64,000 nucleotides of DNA from Eledone cirrhosa (taxonomy: Eukaryota), in the NCBI GenBank assembly GCA_964016885.1, contig OZ024748.1:57536001-57600000 (forward strand), read 5' to 3'. The position numbers and the translations under genes are program-made. Below the pieces are notes generated by a model. The model was not told where the DNA came from and ran no database searches. It saw only the letters and a list, made by a program, of their open reading frames with translations. Positions 59,821-64,000 of this stretch are shown one piece after another; within the stretch, counting starts at the first letter, position 1; each line of letters opens with the position of its first letter.

Positions 59821-60507
59821 ATTATATATATAACTTTAAATGCTCAGTTTGCAATAACCTCTTTGGTTTCTGCTTTCATTCAGTTGATAAAGGAAGTCCC
59901 GTTAGATTACTGCAGTTGTTTATATTATGATATGAGCTATTACTGGATATCTAATATTTAAATTCCATTGTTATTGTTAATATGTTAATGTGAGCGACAC
60001 AAGTATTAGATTTCTGTACTAACTTCTATTCTACATTTTTCATCACTCTGTCTTTTATAGAGAAGATGGCTTCATATAATAAATATATGAAATGTACTTG
60101 GGTTACATATATATTATATATTTTATCTGGAAGCAGAGATTATAGAATCAACTGTATCATGGAAGTTTTGTTAAAGTTGCATCTCTCTGTCTCTATGGCC
60201 AAACATAGAATTTCAAGTCCAAATCAAGCAAGATGTTTAGTTGACGGGAGAAATCAATTGATAGTGTAATACAAGCTATGGTTGTCACTTATTCGAATAG
60301 ATAAAATATACAGAAAGTAAGTTTAATAATCTCTATATAAATTTCTGCGATTCTCTCACAACAGATGAAGAGAGAGGATTAGTTTGACTACCTCATACTA
60401 CTCTGCTCTCATTAATTCTGCTGCTTGCGTGAATATATGTGAGTGTATATGTAATGTGTATGTTTGTATGAATGTATATGTGTATGTGTATATGTGTTTG
60501 TATGAAT

Positions 60508-60581
<74 letters not shown>

Positions 60582-60847
60582 GACACGTATGTATGTCTGC
60601 GACTGTGTATTTTTGTAAGTCTGTCTGTGGTTGCACGTTTATATGTATATACTCGTACATAGAAATGTATGTATATGCACATACACACGCTTATACAGAA
60701 ACTCGTCAGCGTATGGAAAAGAATTGTAGTATATAAAAGGAAACACAATTGTTCCTCGATGAATAACATAGGACGTAGTTCTAGAGAACTTGCATGAAAA
60801 CCGTACTGAGACCAAATCGCCGGATCTGATTAACATGCAGACTAACA

Positions 60848-61064
60848 GCGGTGGATTGGCAGTATCGGTAGAGGGTCGGTCGCCATGCTTTGCAGCAAAG
60901 AGTTACGGCCCTTTATGGTCTAAGTTCAAGTCCCGCCGAGGTTAACTTTGTCTTTCATCCTTACAGAGTCGATAAAATAAAGTAGCAGTCATGCACTGGA
61001 GTCGATTTAAACGAGCTCCCCCCCCTAAATTACTGGCCTTGAGCCTATACTAGAAAGCATTATT
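60848..61064 (+). mobile_element. SINE family A, long variant
   Basis: Full-length match with extra 3' segment. Confidence 0.88.
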
Positions 61065-61598
61065 AGGAACAGAATCAAATTGAAGACGATATTCAGATCA
61101 ATTTCAACGTGTCAATACAACCATATATCTATGACTCTAATGTATCAAATCATTTGCTGGACATGCTAAGTTCAAAAGTATTTATAATACGAACCATCAG
61201 TTTCATGAATAAATGTGGAAAATATAGTTTGAAGATCATAAGTTAGAGTAAGTTTATTGATACCGAAACTTTAGTCGACATTGCACACAACAGAAAATCG
61301 AAACCAAGATACAATTCCCAGTAAATTTGGGTCTTGATATAATATAACATTATCACAAATACAAGACATATACATATATATCTGTGTGTCTGTGCATGTG
61401 AATATGGATACATACATGTGTGTGTATACACAAACAGACACAGACACAGACACAGAAATACACACACGCGCACACACACATATATATATACACACACACA
61501 CACATTGTTGCAGAACCACACATTCGATCAAGAAAAAGTTACCATGCCCAACCAAAAGAAACTATAACAATAGACGCACATGGATATAGTTGGGAGAA

Positions 61599-61646
<48 letters not shown>

Positions 61647-61762
61647 ATCAACCTACAAAACCCTACAATAATGTAAAATAATACATATCAAGAACATGAA
61701 AGGAAATTGTGTGTAACAGCTCGGTGGGCATGTGAAATAATAATAATGATGCTATATATATA

Positions 61763-61806
61763 TATGTCTGTGTGCGTGTATATATATATATTTTAGTGTC
61801 TGGGTG

Positions 61807-61847
<41 letters not shown>

Positions 61848-61888
61848 CCAGACACTAAAATATATACATATACACGCACACAGACATA
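61763..61888. repeat. Palindrome centred on (TA)n
   Basis: tatgtctgtgtgcgtgtata..tattttagtgtctgggtgtat (TA)n atacacccagacactaaaata..tatacacgcacacagacata. Confidence 0.88.
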
Positions 61889-61901
61889 CACACATATACA
61901 A

Positions 61902-61965
<64 letters not shown>

Positions 61966-62002
61966 GCACACACACAGACAAACATACACGCAACATACAC
62001 AC

Positions 62003-62038
<36 letters not shown>

Positions 62039-62565
62039 GTGTATAAACACTGGTTATATACGCCCCAAAAACCATAACAAATCAGATCAATATATATACA
62101 GAGAGCCTTTGAACATATTACTGTATCAAAGCACTACAAATATTTTATATCTTTGGAAGAAGCAAATAAATAAATAAATCTTGTCTATAATTCCGATAAT
62201 TCAGTATACTTACATTTGCAGACCGCTTTTTTTTTTCTTAAATGATCCATGAAATATATAGTGTGTTTGATAGTTAAAAGAAAAACAAATCCCGTTACCC
62301 GATTGCACACTACCGCTATCCGGAGAAGTCAATGCAACTAAAAACGCCCACCACGGCCAGCATTATTATTATTATTAGTATTATTTTCATATGAATAAAC
62401 GCTACATATAATAGCAATGCCACCCAGCATCTGATAAAAGTTCCACCATCATCAATGAATGCACCTGTAAGTTAACATTCTAACAAATGAAGTTTTACGG
62501 TAATATATACACCCATCGCAATATTGTAGCATGTACTCAAATTCTCTTGATCATACGTCCTCCCG

Positions 62566-63132
<567 letters not shown>

Positions 63133-63242
63133 TTCAAATCCCGCCGAGGTTGACTTTGCCTTTTATCCTTACGGGGTCGATAAAATAAAGTACCAGTAAT
63201 GCACTAGGTAATTGCTGGCCTTGTGCCTAAAGTAGAAACAAT

Positions 63243-63245
<3 letters not shown>
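63133..63245 (+). mobile_element. SINE family A, 5' truncated
   Basis: ttcaaatcccgccgagg..gtagaaacaattat. Confidence 0.88.
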
Positions 63246-63275
<30 letters not shown>

Positions 63276-63281
63276 ATATAT

Positions 63282-63312
<31 letters not shown>

Positions 63313-63355
63313 AATATATATATATATAAATATATATATAGTTTTAATATAGATG

Positions 63356-63406
63356 AGATTCTACAGGACTAGAACTGTTTCATTCTTTAGAAATCATCAG
63401 GAATCT
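63356..63406 (-). ncRNA. Hammerhead motif with bulged stem I
   Basis: Minus: agattc CTGATGA tttc-taaa-gaat GAAA cagttctag TC ctgta gaatct. Confidence 0.65.
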
Positions 63407-63567
63407 GGGTATCAAAAAATAAAAATGGTATTTATAGGTCTCTACAAGTGGTAGGAGAGGGTGGGGAGTGGGATGGGTGTAGGTCATTGGTTGATAGAAA
63501 AGGGAATTCATTAAAAGCTAATTCTACAAAGCTATAGTTTATTTTTATTTATTTATAAATATATATC

Positions 63568-63753
63568 GGAAAATGTTTATCCCCGACGGCAGAGCGCATG
63601 ACGGCTATTTCTGGACGAGTCCAGAAATAGCCGTCGAAAAGGCTTGAGCTCTGCCGTCGGGGTTAAACATTTTCCTATTAACCACTCTACTACCCTAAGT
63701 ATTGAGTACTCTGGTGTGTTATGGTCCATCTGGTTCCTTACCACACCTCCTTC

Positions 63754-63756
<3 letters not shown>
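63568..63756 (+). mobile_element. Hairpin element with 5'-truncated hammerhead
   Basis: Inverted 5' copy 63568-63595, then atgacggctatttctggac-ga-gtccagaaatagccgtc GAAA aggc-ttgagctct-gccg TC ggggt. Confidence 0.8.
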
Positions 63757-63806
<50 letters not shown>

Positions 63807-64000
63807 GGTGGTTTACCAGTGGGTAAAATTGGTCAATCTGCAAATATGAGAAAAGCACTCGACGTTATGCAACTCATCTTCAATGTTGAATCATGTTGGT
63901 GGTGCGGTAACGGAGTAAATGTGCACTGAAATATGCATAGGGTTTACAATAACAAATTAAGGAAAACCAACATATTTAGCAGGGTGTCTGTCTGGATTCA

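Overview
AT-rich, microsatellite-saturated eukaryotic intergenic/intronic DNA, most likely cephalopod (octopus-like SINE and RTE repertoire; inference from memory, not a database result), with a 200-N gap at 11821-12020. No intact host gene is recognisable, and most long ORFs in the supplied track are (TA)n/(TG)n artefacts. Real coding remnants are an RTE-clade LINE (RT with YADD plus three C-terminal C2H2 fingers, 12021-14773), a Penelope-like GIY-YIG 3' fragment (29075-29899), mariner, DIRS-like and second RTE remnants, and possibly a decayed receptor ORF (about 50980-53463, minus). About 20 copies of one tRNA-derived SINE, a second tRNA-SINE family, TA-flanked MITEs and RTE-derived non-autonomous elements are also present. 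The main hidden signal is a dense set of type I hammerhead ribozyme motifs (about 14 complete or near-complete, plus several half or variant motifs) from many unrelated families. They sit in short non-coding islands embedded in (TA)n tracts, frequently with fold-back inverted repeats or terminal redundancy, i.e. mini-Penelope/retrozyme-like elements. The best example is a ~1 kb palindrome (44954-45938) carrying a fully canonical hammerhead on each strand, one of them split by a SINE.
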